This document shows positions 37,545-47,876 of a DNA stretch of 64,000 nt, piece by piece (the stretch's first letter is position 1; each line of letters opens with the position of its first letter). The notes under the pieces were generated by a model. It was not told the DNA's origin. It was given only the letters and a program-made list of their open reading frames with translations, and searched no databases. This stretch comes from TPA_inf: Saccharomyces (taxonomy: Eukaryota), in the NCBI GenBank assembly GCA_000146045.2, contig BK006943.2, positions 160,001 through 224,000 on the forward strand, read 5' to 3'. The translations under genes were made by a program, and so were the position numbers.

Positions 37545-37915
37545 TGTTGGAACGAGAGTAATTAATAGTGACATGAGTTGCTATGGTAACAATCTAATGC
37601 TTACATCGTATATTAATGTACAACTCGTATACGTTTAAGTGTGATTGCGCCTATTGCAGAAGGAATGTTAAACGAGAAGCTCAGACAATACTGAAGCTGT
37701 GTTAAAGACCTATTAGTTGAACATGTTATGGTAGGTACATATATGAGGAATATGAGTCGTCACATCAATGTATAGTAACTACCGGAATCACTATTATATT
37801 GGTCATAATTAATATGACCAATCGGCGTGTGTTTTATATACCTCTCTTATTTAGTATAAGAAGATCAGTACTCACTTCTTCATTAATACTAATTTTTAAC
37901 CTCTAATTATCAACA
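37545..37915 (+). repeat. Ty4 5' LTR (tau, 371 bp)
   Basis: TG...CA termini. Essentially identical to the 3' LTR at 43398-43768 over the parts compared. Confidence 0.9.
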
Positions 37916-39157
37916 TGGCGACCCCAGTGAGGGGTGAAACAAGAAATGTTATTGACGACAACATTTCTGCGCGGATTCAATCGAAAGTCAAAACAAATGA
38001 TACTGTCAGACAGACGCCATCATCATTAAGAAAAGTTTCTATTAAAGATGAACAGGTGAGACAATATCAAAGAAACTTAAATAGGTTTAAAACCATACTA
38101 AATGGTTTAAAGGCAGAAGAGGAAAAACTTTCTGAGGCTGATGATATTCAGATGCTAGCTGAAAAATTATTAAAACTCGGAGAAACCATTGACAAGGTTG
38201 AGAATAGGATTGTGGATCTAGTTGAAAAGATACAATTATTGGAAACAAACGAGAACAATAATATATTACATGAACATATAGATGCTACAGGGACTTACTA
38301 TTTATTCGATACGTTAACTTCAACCAACAAAAGATTCTACCCTAAGGATTGTGTTTTTGATTATAGGACTAATAATGTCGAGAACATTCCTATTCTCTTA
38401 AACAATTTTAAAAAATTCATCAAGAAATATCAATTTGATGATGTCTTTGAAAATGATATCATAGAAATCGATCCTCGTGAAAATGAAATCTTGTGCAAGA
38501 TAATCAAAGAAGGACTCGGTGAAAGTTTAGATATCATGAACACAAATACAACTGACATTTTTAGGATAATCGATGGTTTAAAAAAACAAATATAGAAGTT
38601 TGCATGGTAGAGATGTCAGAATTAGAGCCTGGGAAAAGGTTTTGGTTGATACAACATGTAGAAATTCCGCATTGTTAATGAATAAACTTCAAAAGTTGGT
38701 ACTAATGGAAAAATGGATTTTTTCTAAATGCTGCCAAGATTGTCCTAATCTAAAGGATTACCTACAAGAAGCTATCATGGGAACCTTACATGAATCCTTA
38801 AGAAATTCTGTGAAACAACGTTTGTACAACATTCCACATGACGTAGGAATTGATCACGAAGAATTTCTAATCAATACTGTTATTGAAACAGTAATTGATT
38901 TGAGCCCAATTGCAGACGATCAAATAGAAAATAGCTGCATGTATTGCAAATCTGTTTTCCATTGCTCAATTAACTGCAAAAAGAAACCAAATAGGGAACT
39001 TAGGCCTGACTCGACCAATTTCTCAAAAACCTATTATCTACAAGGTGCACAGAGACAACAACCACTTAAGTCCAGTGCAAAACGAACAAAAGTCTTGGAA
39101 CAAGACACAAAAAAGGTCGAACAAAGTGTACAACAGCAAAAAACTGGTAATTATTGA
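37915..39157 (+). CDS. Ty4 Gag (TYA), apparently interrupted by a frameshift at 38580-38600 in this copy
   Basis: Frame-1 ORF 37915-38595 (226 aa) is followed by frame-2 ORF 38600-39157, which carries the nucleocapsid zinc knuckle CMYCKSVFHCSINC. The switch happens exactly at an A7 run (38580-38586): frame 2 has TAA at 38579-81 and frame 1 has TAG at 38593-95. Deleting one A yields a continuous 414-codon Gag. Confidence 0.7.
38999..39005 (+). other. Ty +1 programmed ribosomal frameshift heptamer CUU-AGG-C
   Basis: The exact heptamer used by Ty1, Ty2 and Ty4. CTT is a frame-2 (Gag) codon and GGC starts the frame-0 (Pol) ORF. Confidence 0.85.
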
Positions 39158-42100
39158 TACCGGTTCCGGAGTAAACATTACCAATGACAAAACCTTACTG
39201 CATAATTACGAAGACAGTAATCGCAGTACACGATTTTTTGGTATTGGGAAAAACAGTTCAGTGTCTGTTAAAGGGTATGGCTATATAAAAATCAAGAATG
39301 GTCACAACAATACTGACAATAAGTGTCTATTAACTTACTATGTACCGGAAGAAGAATCCACTATAATCAGCTGTTATGACTTAGCCAAGAAAACCAAAAT
39401 GGTTTTAAGTCGAAAATATACCAGATTGGGAAACAAAATCATAAAAATTAAAACCAAGATAGTTAATGGTGTCATTCACGTAAAAATGAACGAGTTAATT
39501 GAACGTCCTTCCGATGATTCAAAAATAAATGCAATAAAACCTACTTCTTCTCCTGGATTTAAACTAAATAAAAGGTCTATTACCTTGGAAGATGCTCATA
39601 AAAGAATGGGCCATACAGGAATTCAACAAATTGAAAATTCCATAAAACATAATCATTATGAAGAATCCCTTGACTTAATCAAAGAACCAAATGAATTTTG
39701 GTGTCAAACCTGTAAAATCTCTAAAGCCACGAAAAGAAATCATTATACCGGGTCTATGAATAATCATAGTACTGATCATGAACCAGGCTCATCATGGTGC
39801 ATGGATATATTTGGCCCTGTATCAAGTTCAAACGCGGACACTAAAAGGTACATGCTTATTATGGTGGATAACAACACGAGATATTGCATGACCTCCACAC
39901 ACTTCAATAAGAATGCTGAAACTATTTTAGCTCAAGTTAGAAAGAATATTCAGTACGTGGAAACACAATTTGACAGGAAAGTCAGAGAAATTAATTCAGA
40001 CAGAGGTACTGAATTCACAAATGATCAGATAGAAGAATATTTTATTTCAAAAGGAATACATCACATACTTACTTCTACACAAGATCATGCTGCTAACGGA
40101 AGAGCAGAAAGATACATAAGAACAATAATAACTGATGCAACAACACTCCTAAGACAAAGTAACTTAAGAGTAAAATTTTGGGAATACGCAGTAACTTCTG
40201 CTACCAATATAAGAAATTACCTGGAACACAAAAGTACAGGTAAACTACCATTGAAGGCAATCTCACGTCAACCTGTGACAGTGAGATTAATGTCATTCTT
40301 ACCATTTGGCGAAAAAGGAATAATTTGGAATCATAATCACAAAAAATTGAAACCATCTGGACTTCCTTCTATAATTCTATGCAAAGATCCAAATAGTTAT
40401 GGATACAAATTCTTTATACCATCCAAAAATAAAATTGTCACATCTGATAATTATACAATTCCCAACTATACAATGGACGGTAGAGTAAGAAATACTCAGA
40501 ATATTAACAAGAGTCATCAATTCAGTTCAGATAATGATGATGAAGAAGATCAAATCGAAACGGTCACAAACTTATGTGAAGCTTTGGAAAACTACGAAGA
40601 TGATAATAAACCAATTACTCGCCTGGAAGATTTGTTCACAGAGGAAGAGTTATCTCAAATAGACTCAAACGCAAAATACCCATCTCCTAGTAATAACCTA
40701 GAAGGGGACTTGGATTACGTATTTTCTGATGTTGAGGAATCTGGAGATTATGACGTTGAATCTGAACTTTCAACGACAAATAATTCAATCTCAACTGATA
40801 AAAACAAAATTTTGTCAAACAAGGATTTTAATTCAGAACTTGCATCGACTGAAATATCCATCAGTGGAATCGATAAGAAAGGATTAATAAATACAAGTCA
40901 TATTGATGAAGATAAGTATGATGAAAAAGTCCACAGAATTCCATCGATTATACAAGAGAAACTGGTAGGAAGTAAAAATACTATTAAAATCAATGACGAA
41001 AACAAAATCTCCGACAGAATTCGTAGTAAAAACATTGGGAGTATTTTAAACACTGGACTCAGTAGATGTGTAGATATCACCGATGAATCTATTACTAACA
41101 AAGATGAGTCAATGCACAACGCAAAACCCGAACTAATTCAGGAGCAGTTAAAAAAAACAAATCATGAAACTTCGTTTCCTAAAGAAGGGAGCATTGGAAC
41201 AAATGTAAAATTCCGAAATACAAACAATGAGATTTCTTTAAAAACAGGCGATACGAGTTTACCAATAAAAACTTTAGAAAGCATTAACAATCACCATAGT
41301 AATGATTATTCCACAAACAAAGTTGAAAAGTTTGAGAAGGAAAATCATCATCCGCCCCCGATTGAGGACATTGTGGATATGAGTGATCAAACTGATATGG
41401 AATCAAACTGTCAGGATGGTAATAACTTAAAAGAATTAAAAGTCACCGATAAAAATGTACCAACTGACAATGGAACAAATGTGTCACCAAGGTTGGAACA
41501 AAATATTGAAGCATCTGGATCACCAGTACAAACAGTTAATAAAAGTGCCTTCTTAAACAAAGAATTCAGTTCTTTGAACATGAAAAGAAAACGGAAAAGA
41601 CACGATAAAAACAATAGTCTAACAAGCTATGAATTAGAAAGAGATAAGAAGCGTTCAAAAAAGAATCGAGTGAAATTAATTCCAGATAATATGGAAACAG
41701 TTTCAGCACCAAAAATTCGAGCCATATATTATAATGAAGCTATTTCAAAAAATCCTGACCTCAAAGAAAAACATGAATACAAACAGGCATATCATAAAGA
41801 ATTACAGAATTTAAAAGATATGAAGGTATTTGATGTCGATGTGAAGTACAGTAGATCAGAAATCCCTGATAATTTAATAGTACCCACCAACACGATATTC
41901 ACAAAGAAAAGAAATGGGATTTATAAGGCTAGGATAGTCTGCAGAGGTGATACTCAGTCACCAGACACTTACAGTGTAATAACTACAGAATCTTTAAATC
42001 ACAATCATATTAAGATATTCTTAATGATTGCAAACAACAGAAATATGTTTATGAAGACCCTGGATATCAATCATGCATTCCTATATGCTAAATTGGAAGA

Positions 42101-43325
42101 AGAAATATACATCCCACATCCGCATGATAGGAGATGTGTAGTCAAGCTAAATAAGGCGTTATATGGTCTAAAACAGAGTCCTAAAGAATGGAATGATCAT
42201 CTAAGACAATACTTGAATGGAATTGGACTGAAAGATAACTCTTATACTCCGGGATTATACCAAACCGAGGATAAAAATCTAATGATTGCAGTCTATGTTG
42301 ATGACTGCGTAATTGCGGCAAGCAATGAACAGAGATTGGATGAATTCATAAACAAATTGAAAAGTAATTTTGAACTGAAAATTACAGGAACATTAATAGA
42401 CGATGTACTCGATACAGATATATTAGGAATGGATCTAGTATACAACAAAAGACTTGGTACTATCGATTTAACATTAAAATCATTCATAAATAGAATGGAT
42501 AAAAAATACAACGAGGAATTGAAAAAGATTAGAAAAAGTTCAATTCCGCATATGTCAACTTATAAAATAGATCCTAAGAAAGACGTACTGCAAATGTCAG
42601 AAGAAGAGTTTAGACAAGGTGTTCTAAAGCTACAACAATTACTAGGTGAACTAAACTATGTCAGACACAAATGCAGATACGACATTGAATTTGCTGTTAA
42701 GAAAGTGGCTAGACTAGTAAATTACCCACATGAAAGAGTCTTTTATATGATTTACAAAATAATCCAGTACTTGGTTCGGTATAAAGATATTGGAATACAC
42801 TATGACCGAGACTGTAATAAAGACAAAAAGGTTATTGCTATAACTGATGCATCAGTTGGATCAGAATATGATGCTCAATCAAGGATTGGAGTTATATTAT
42901 GGTACGGTATGAATATTTTTAATGTTTATTCTAACAAGAGCACAAACAGATGTGTATCATCAACAGAAGCAGAGCTTCATGCCATTTATGAAGGCTATGC
43001 AGACTCAGAAACGTTGAAGGTAACATTAAAGGAGCTAGGAGAAGGAGACAATAATGACATTGTCATGATCACTGACTCAAAGCCAGCCATTCAAGGATTA
43101 AATCGCAGCTATCAACAACCAAAAGAGAAATTCACTTGGATAAAAACTGAAATAATAAAAGAAAAAATTAAAGAGAAGAGTATAAAACTGTTAAAAATTA
43201 CCGGCAAAGGTAATATTGCTGATTTACTAACAAAACCAGTATCAGCATCTGATTTTAAAAGATTTATACAAGTATTAAAAAATAAAATAACATCACAGGA
43301 TATTTTGGCCTCAACAGACTATTGA
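39003..43325 (+). CDS. Ty4 Pol (TYB): protease, integrase, reverse transcriptase, RNase H. Expressed as a Gag-Pol fusion by +1 frameshifting.
   Basis: +1 frame open from the CTT-AGG-C heptamer (38999-39005). Aspartic protease IDTGSG. Integrase HHCC (HKRMGH...CQTCKISK) and D,D35E. RT motif YVDDCVIAA. RNase H TDAS. The track ORF 39045-43325 (1426 aa) starts at an internal GTG. Confidence 0.9.
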   Translation, partial: GLTRPISQKPIIYKVHRDNNHLSPVQNEQKSWNKTQKRSNKVYNSKKLVIIDTGSGVNITNDKTLLHNYEDSNRSTRFFGIGKNSSVSVKGYGYIKIKNGHNNTDNKCLLTYYVPEEESTIISCYDLAKKTKMVLSRKYTRLGNKIIKIKTKIVNGVIHVKMNELIERPSDDSKINAIKPTSSPGFKLNKRSITLEDAHKRMGHTGIQQIENSIKHNHYEESLDLIKEPNEFWCQTCKISKATKRNHYTGSMNNHSTDHEPGSSWCMDIFGPVSSSNADTKRYMLIMVDNNTRYCMTSTHFNKNAETILAQVRKNIQYVETQFDRKVREINSDRGTEFTNDQIEEYFISKGIHHILTSTQDHAANGRAERYIRTIITDATTLLRQSNLRVKFWEYAVTSATNIRNYLEHKSTGKLPLKAISRQPVTVRLMSFLPFGEKGIIWNHNHKKLKPSGLPSIILCKDPNSYGYKFFIPSKNKIVTSDNYTIPNYTMDGRVRNTQNINKSHQFSSDNDDEEDQIETVTNLCEALENYEDDNKPITRLEDLFTEEELSQIDSNAKYPSPSNNLEGDLDYVFSDVEESGDYDVESELSTTNNSISTDKNKILSNKDFNSELASTEISISGIDKKGLINTSHIDEDKYDEKVHRIPSIIQEKLVGSKNTIKINDENKISDRIRSKNIGSILNTGLSRCVDITDESITNKDESMHNAKPELIQEQLKKTNHETSFPKEGSIGTNVKFRNTNNEISLKTGDTSLPIKTLESINNHHSNDYSTNKVEKFEKENHHPPPIEDIVDMSDQTDMESNCQDGNNLKELKVTDKNVPTDNGTNVSPRLEQNIEASGSPVQTVNKSAFLNKEFSSLNMKRKRKRHDKNNSLTSYELERDKKRSKKNRVKLIPDNMETVSAPKIRAIYYNEAISKNPDLKEKHEYKQAYHKELQNLKDMKVFDVDVKYSRSEIPDNLIVPTNTIFTKKRNGIYKARIVCRGDTQSPDTYSVITTESLNHNHIKIFLMIANNRNMFMKTLDINHAFLYAKLEEEIYIPHPHDRRCVVKLNKALYGLKQSPKEWNDHLRQYLNGIGLKDNSYTPGLYQTEDKNLMIAVYVDDCVIAASNEQRLDEFINKLKSNFELKITGTLIDDVLDTDILGMDLVYNKRLGTIDLTLKSFINRMDKKYNEELKKIRKSSIPHMSTYKIDPKKDVLQMSEEEFRQGVLKLQQLLGELNYVRHKCRYDIEFAVKKVARLVNYPHERVFYMIYKIIQYLVRYKDIGIHYDRDCNKDKKVIAITDASVGSEYDAQSRIGVILWYGMNIFNVYSNKSTNRCVSSTEAELHAIYEGYADSETLKVTLKELGEGDNNDIVMITDSKPAIQGLNRSYQQPKEKFTWIKTEIIKEKIKEKSIKLLKITGKGNIADLLTKPVSASDFKRFIQVLKNKITSQDILASTDY

Positions 43326-43397
43326 TAATTAATTAATGAAGTTCTAAACACACAATGAATATCTGTTGAAGTACAATAATATATCTTTAAGGGAGCA

Positions 43398-43768
43398 TGT
43401 TGGAACGAGAGTAATTAATAGTGACATGAGTTGCTATGGTAACAATCTAATGCTTACATCGTATATTAATGTACAACTCGTATACGTTTAAGTGTGATTG
43501 CGCCTATTGCAGAAGGAATGTTAAACGAGAAGCTCAGACAATACTGAAGCTGTGTTAAAGACCTATTAGTTGAACATGTTATGGTAGGTACATATATGAG
43601 GAATATGAGTCGTCACATCAATGTATAGTAACTACCGGAATCACTATTATATTGGTCATAATTAATATGACCAATCGGCGTGTGTTTTATATACCTCTCT
43701 TATTTAGTATAAGAAGATCAGTACTCACTTCTTCATTAATACTAATTTTTAACCTCTAATTATCAACA
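43398..43768 (+). repeat. Ty4 3' LTR (tau, 371 bp)
   Basis: Direct repeat of 37545-37915. Preceded by a polypurine tract (aagggagca). Confidence 0.9.
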
Positions 43769-43782
43769 TATCAATATATTAT

Positions 43783-44114
43783 TGAAGATTGGGTGAATTT
43801 TGAGATAATTGTTGGGATTCCATTTTTAATAAGGCAATAATATTAGGTATGTAGATATACTAGAAGTTCTCCTCCAGGATTTAGGAATCCATAAAAGGAA
43901 ATCTGCAATTCTACACAATTCTATAAATATTATTATCATCATTTTATATGTTAATATTCATTGATCCTATTACATTATCAATCCTTGCGTTTCAGCTTCC
44001 ACTAATTTAGATGACTATTTCTCATCATTTGCGTCATCTTCTAACACCGTATATGATAATATACTAGTAACGTAAATACTAGTTAGTAGATGATAGTTGA
44101 TTTTTATTCCAACA
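43783..44114 (-). mobile_element. Full-length solo delta LTR (Ty1/Ty2 type, 332 bp), inverted relative to Ty4
   Basis: The reverse complement begins TGTTGGAATAAAAATCAACTATCATCTACTAACTAGTATTTACGTTACTAGTATATTATCATATACGGTGTTAG and ends ...CAACAATTATCTCAAAATTCACCCAATCTTCA. Flanked by a 5-bp duplication ATTAT (43778-43782 and 44115-44119). Confidence 0.9.
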
Positions 44115-44392
44115 ATTATCATATACGGTGTTAAGATGATGACATAAGTTATGAGAAGCTGTCATCGAAGTTAGAGGAAGCTGAAGTGCAAGGATTGATA
44201 ATGTAATAGGATAATGAAACATATAAAACGGAATGAGGAATAATCGTAATATTAGTATGTAGAAATATAGATTCCATTTTGAGGATTCCTATATCCTCGA
44301 GGAGAACTTCTAGTATATTCTGTATACCTAATATTATACCCTCTATCAACAACAGGATTCCAACAATTATTTCAAAATCCACCCATATCTCA
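44115..44392 (+). repeat. Diverged delta LTR 3' portion, 5'-truncated; probably the remainder of the delta whose 5' end is at 37495-37544
   Basis: Starts attatcatatacggtgttaagatgatgac (delta about position 47 onward) and ends caacaattatttcaaaatccacccatatctca, a delta 3' terminus. About 80-85% identical to the inverted solo delta. Confidence 0.7.
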
Positions 44393-44734
44393 GATTTCAC
44401 ATCAGTATTGATTAAAATATTAATTGCTACCAGTTCTAATAAATCTAATGTTTACATCATATAGTAATATATCTTTTGAGAAATGTGACTGGCGTTATAC
44501 AGAAACCGAATTACACGTTTTAAATACTAATTATTAAAATTTATCCTGATAAGTTGATCTTTATTTCCGTACAGCACAACCGATAGAGGAGATGTTTAAA
44601 GTGTTTAAGCTCACTTTATAGGGTGAAACACATTTTGACGACCGTAAAAGGTCATTTGATTTGGTATTGAGGTCGAGAAAATATTTTCAAATAGTGAAGG
44701 ATACATTAAACACGCTCACAAAACAACATAAAAA

Positions 44735-44806
44735 TCCGTGATAGTTTAATGGTCAGAATGGGCGCTTGTCGCGTGCCAGATCGGGGTTCAATTCCCCGTC
44801 GCGGAG
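44735..44806 (+). tRNA. tD(GUC): tRNA-Asp (anticodon GUC)
   Basis: TCCGTGATAGTTTAATGGTCAGAATGGGCGCTTGTCGCGTGCCAGATCGGGGTTCAATTCCCCGTCGCGGAG is identical to yeast tRNA-Asp. A-box and B-box present. The Ty material lies on its 5' side. Confidence 0.95.
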
Positions 44807-45304
44807 ATTTTTTTTGGCCCTTGATGACTGTTCTGGTACAATTTCCACCTTGAATGAGGGTATAAGATACCGATGATATATATTCAGACTATTTCTACGA
44901 CACAGAAAAACAATCGACCAAGCCGTCCTTGAACATGCTGCAGAACTTCCTTTTTTTTATTTTTTTTGGCTCATCTACGTAATCCTATTATCTTTTATTA
45001 AATTTTGAAGCTATGAGTTTCTTTCCAGCGACTTGGAACCAATAGTTGACAGTGAGTGCATACTTGAGTATTTTCCCCCTACATTGTACAGTCCTCCTCA
45101 GACCTGGTATCCCTGTTTAATGTGGTCGCTCATCGGACTTTTCCGTCCGATAGGAATTCGCTCAACTTTGACAGGCGGAACTACTTTCACATCGATTTTC
45201 TCAGGAAAGACGGCGTAAACAAGAGAAGAAATTAACTTTCTACAGAAAGTACAACCATATAAACCCTTCGTAGAGCTCCAATTAGTAGCAAATAATGACA
45301 AATA

Positions 45305-47449
45305 ATGTCAGTGAACGACCAAATAACTCATATAGGAAAAACATTGTCCACAACGGCTTCCGCTTTTTTAAACTACCAAAAATCGAACAGCAACACTCAA
45401 GATGTACTGACCAATAATGGGCCTTATAAGAATTTATTATCAAATACCGTCAACAATGCGAGCTCAACTTCATACTTTTACAAGAGGACTGAACACGGTC
45501 GCTTTGTAAAAAATGCATCTAACACTTTTGAGGATATTTACTCCAAGACAAGAAGGGGCGATGTATTCAGGAACAAGTTCACAGACAACAAAACATGCTT
45601 CAGAATGCTCACGTACATAAGTGATGATTTGTTGAACGAGATCCCAACTAAGGAAGGTCTCAAAAGTGATGCAGATGGCAAGCTTCTAACCGAAGGAGGC
45701 GAAAATGAAAATCTCAGGAAGAACGCATCCAAAAAAGAAACATCGCTGTTTCAGGGCTTTAAAAGCTACCTACCAATAGCGGAGCTTGCCATTGAAAACA
45801 CTGAAAGATTAAACTATGATACAAATGGTACAAGCGGTACGGTTGGTGCGAAAGATGTTATGTCTAAAACAAATGAGCGAGATGAAATTCACACAGAGCT
45901 TCCTAACTTCCAAGATTCATTTCTCATACCGCCTGGGGTAGAAACTAAAAAAATAAGCTCCTCTTATTCTCCTAGTGCATTAAAAAGTTTTTCTCAAACT
46001 CTTGTAAATAGTTTAGAGTTTTTAAATATTCAGAAAAATTCTACGTTATCCGAAATAAGAGACATTGAAGTTGAAGTTGAGAATCTGAGACAAAAGAAAG
46101 AGAAACTGTTGGGTAAAATTGCGAACATAGAGCAAAATCAATTACTATTGGAAGACAACCTCAAACAGATTGATGATAGGTTGGACTTTTTAGAAGAGTA
46201 CGGATTGGAGGTGATCGAAGCTAATAGCGACGAAAATGCAGAAGATGATGGTATGAGTGAGCGAAAGGCCCTTAAAAATGATGCTATAAGAAATGAGGGT
46301 GTCACCACAGAGAGCATATCATCAGAGGCTTCTAATCTACCTCCAAGGAGAAGGCAACAACTTCGAGACGATAACTCATTGAATAGATTAGGTGCCTTTT
46401 ATAGCAAATCCAAAAAAAGACACAGAAAAAGCTTCCCAACATTCCAGCAGCTTTACGAGCCAGGAACAAAAATTGGCTCTATAATGTCCACTCACGATGA
46501 TTTCCTCACTTGCCTAGATTTTGATGCGCCCTTTGGTACCTTATGTACAGCCGGATATCTTGATCACACGGTAAAAATTTGGGATTTATCCAAACAAAAC
46601 AAAATTGGAGAACTAGCAGGACATCTTGCTACAATTAATTGTATGCAAATCAATCGTGACTACGGAACTCTTGTTACTGGTGGTAGAGATGCGGCTTTAA
46701 AATTATGGAATTTGAATTTAGCTCAACAACTTTACCAGGAAACGCAAAATCTTACCTCTCCTACAAATCATATTGATTCTCCATGTGTTCATACATTTGA
46801 GGCGCATACAGATGAGGTTACTGCATTATCATTAGATCCTAGTTTCTTGGTGAGTGGTTCACAGGATAGAACAATTAGGCAATGGGACTTACGTTCCGGG
46901 AAGTGCTTGCAAACCATTGATCTGAGCTTTGCAAATGTCTTAACAACATCCACTAATGTCGATTTATCAAAGAGCACACTTCTTACTCAAAGAAATGAGA
47001 GGCCTAGTATAGGTGCACTACAAAGTTTTGATGCAGCGCTAGCAACGGGTACAAAAGATGGTGTTGTAAGGCTATGGGATTTAAGATCCGGAAAGGTGAT
47101 TCGTACTTTGAAAGGGCATACAGATGCCATAACGTCATTAAAATTTGATTCCGCGTGCCTGGTCACAGGTTCATACGACAGAACAGTTAGAATCTGGGAC
47201 TTAAGAACTGGGTTGTTGAATAAGTTTCATGCGTACAGTGCGCCAGTTCTTTCGTTAGATCTCTTCCAAGAGAACGCTGCAGTCGTTGTCGCAGACGAAC
47301 CAAGTGTCCAGATATACGATAGCGAAAAGGATGAAAGCTGGTCTTGCGTCGAACAAGGTAACGAGACTAGCGTTAGTACCGTTAAGTATAAAGAAAATTA
47401 CATGGTTGAGGGTCGTGAAAATGGGGACGTAAATATTTGGGCCGTATGA
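45305..47449 (+). CDS. MDV1: Mitochondrial division adaptor with N-terminal extension, coiled coil and C-terminal WD40 beta-propeller (714 aa)
   Basis: 714 aa. Central coiled coil (LSEIRDIEVEVENLRQKKEKLLGKIANIEQNQLLLEDNLKQIDDRLDFLEE). Seven WD repeats (..VKIWDL.., ..LKLWNL.., ..IRQWDLRSG.., ..VRLWDLRSG.., ..VRIWDLRTG..). Matches YJL112W. Confidence 0.85.
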   Translation: MSVNDQITHIGKTLSTTASAFLNYQKSNSNTQDVLTNNGPYKNLLSNTVNNASSTSYFYKRTEHGRFVKNASNTFEDIYSKTRRGDVFRNKFTDNKTCFRMLTYISDDLLNEIPTKEGLKSDADGKLLTEGGENENLRKNASKKETSLFQGFKSYLPIAELAIENTERLNYDTNGTSGTVGAKDVMSKTNERDEIHTELPNFQDSFLIPPGVETKKISSSYSPSALKSFSQTLVNSLEFLNIQKNSTLSEIRDIEVEVENLRQKKEKLLGKIANIEQNQLLLEDNLKQIDDRLDFLEEYGLEVIEANSDENAEDDGMSERKALKNDAIRNEGVTTESISSEASNLPPRRRQQLRDDNSLNRLGAFYSKSKKRHRKSFPTFQQLYEPGTKIGSIMSTHDDFLTCLDFDAPFGTLCTAGYLDHTVKIWDLSKQNKIGELAGHLATINCMQINRDYGTLVTGGRDAALKLWNLNLAQQLYQETQNLTSPTNHIDSPCVHTFEAHTDEVTALSLDPSFLVSGSQDRTIRQWDLRSGKCLQTIDLSFANVLTTSTNVDLSKSTLLTQRNERPSIGALQSFDAALATGTKDGVVRLWDLRSGKVIRTLKGHTDAITSLKFDSACLVTGSYDRTVRIWDLRTGLLNKFHAYSAPVLSLDLFQENAAVVVADEPSVQIYDSEKDESWSCVEQGNETSVSTVKYKENYMVEGRENGDVNIWAV

Positions 47450-47876
47450 TAGGCATTGCATTGCAATCAAGTCAACCCATTTGAAGAAAAATAAATATCG
47501 AGTGCATATGTGAATAGCTGCTCGCTCAGATATATATAAATAAATATTCGTTCTGGAATGTAAATAAAGTATCGTCAATACCTTGGATGGTTTATCAGCG
47601 AAATCGGTGCTGTAGATGTTGCCCTGTCATATTACTACAGATGTCTTGGAAGCAATCACCATACCTGCATTATCCTTACCCGGAAAAAGAAAACTTTCGT
47701 GAATAATGATTAATATTTAAGTGGCGACTTTTTCATCCTTGCTATTGAAAAAAAAAAAAATGAATAATTGTTATTAAGCGTTAGCAGATGCCAAATTGTC
47801 GAAATGATTTCAAATACAGAGAATTAGCCGCAAATATTAAGTAGTACCTGAATCACGAGACATACAACTCGGAAAA

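Larger units (their letters stand above)
37545..43768 (+). mobile_element. Full-length Ty4 copia-type LTR retrotransposon, about 6.2 kb
   Basis: Two 371-bp direct LTRs (tau; TGTTGGAACGAGAG...TATCAACA) at 37545-37915 and 43398-43768. Flanking 5-bp target-site duplication TATCA (37540-37544 and 43769-43773). Primer-binding site TGGCGACCCCAGTGAGGG immediately 3' of the left LTR, complementary to the tRNA-Asn 3' end. Internal gag and pol in order PR-IN-RT-RH. Sits upstream of a tRNA gene, as Ty elements do. Confidence 0.95.

Noticed and set aside
37545-44400. Possibility that the large non-host-like block is a novel mobile or defence island
   Set aside because: Every segment is accounted for by known yeast retroelement families (Ty4, tau, delta, sigma), with the expected LTRs, PBS, PPT, TSDs and PR-IN-RT-RH pol. 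Nothing is left unexplained.
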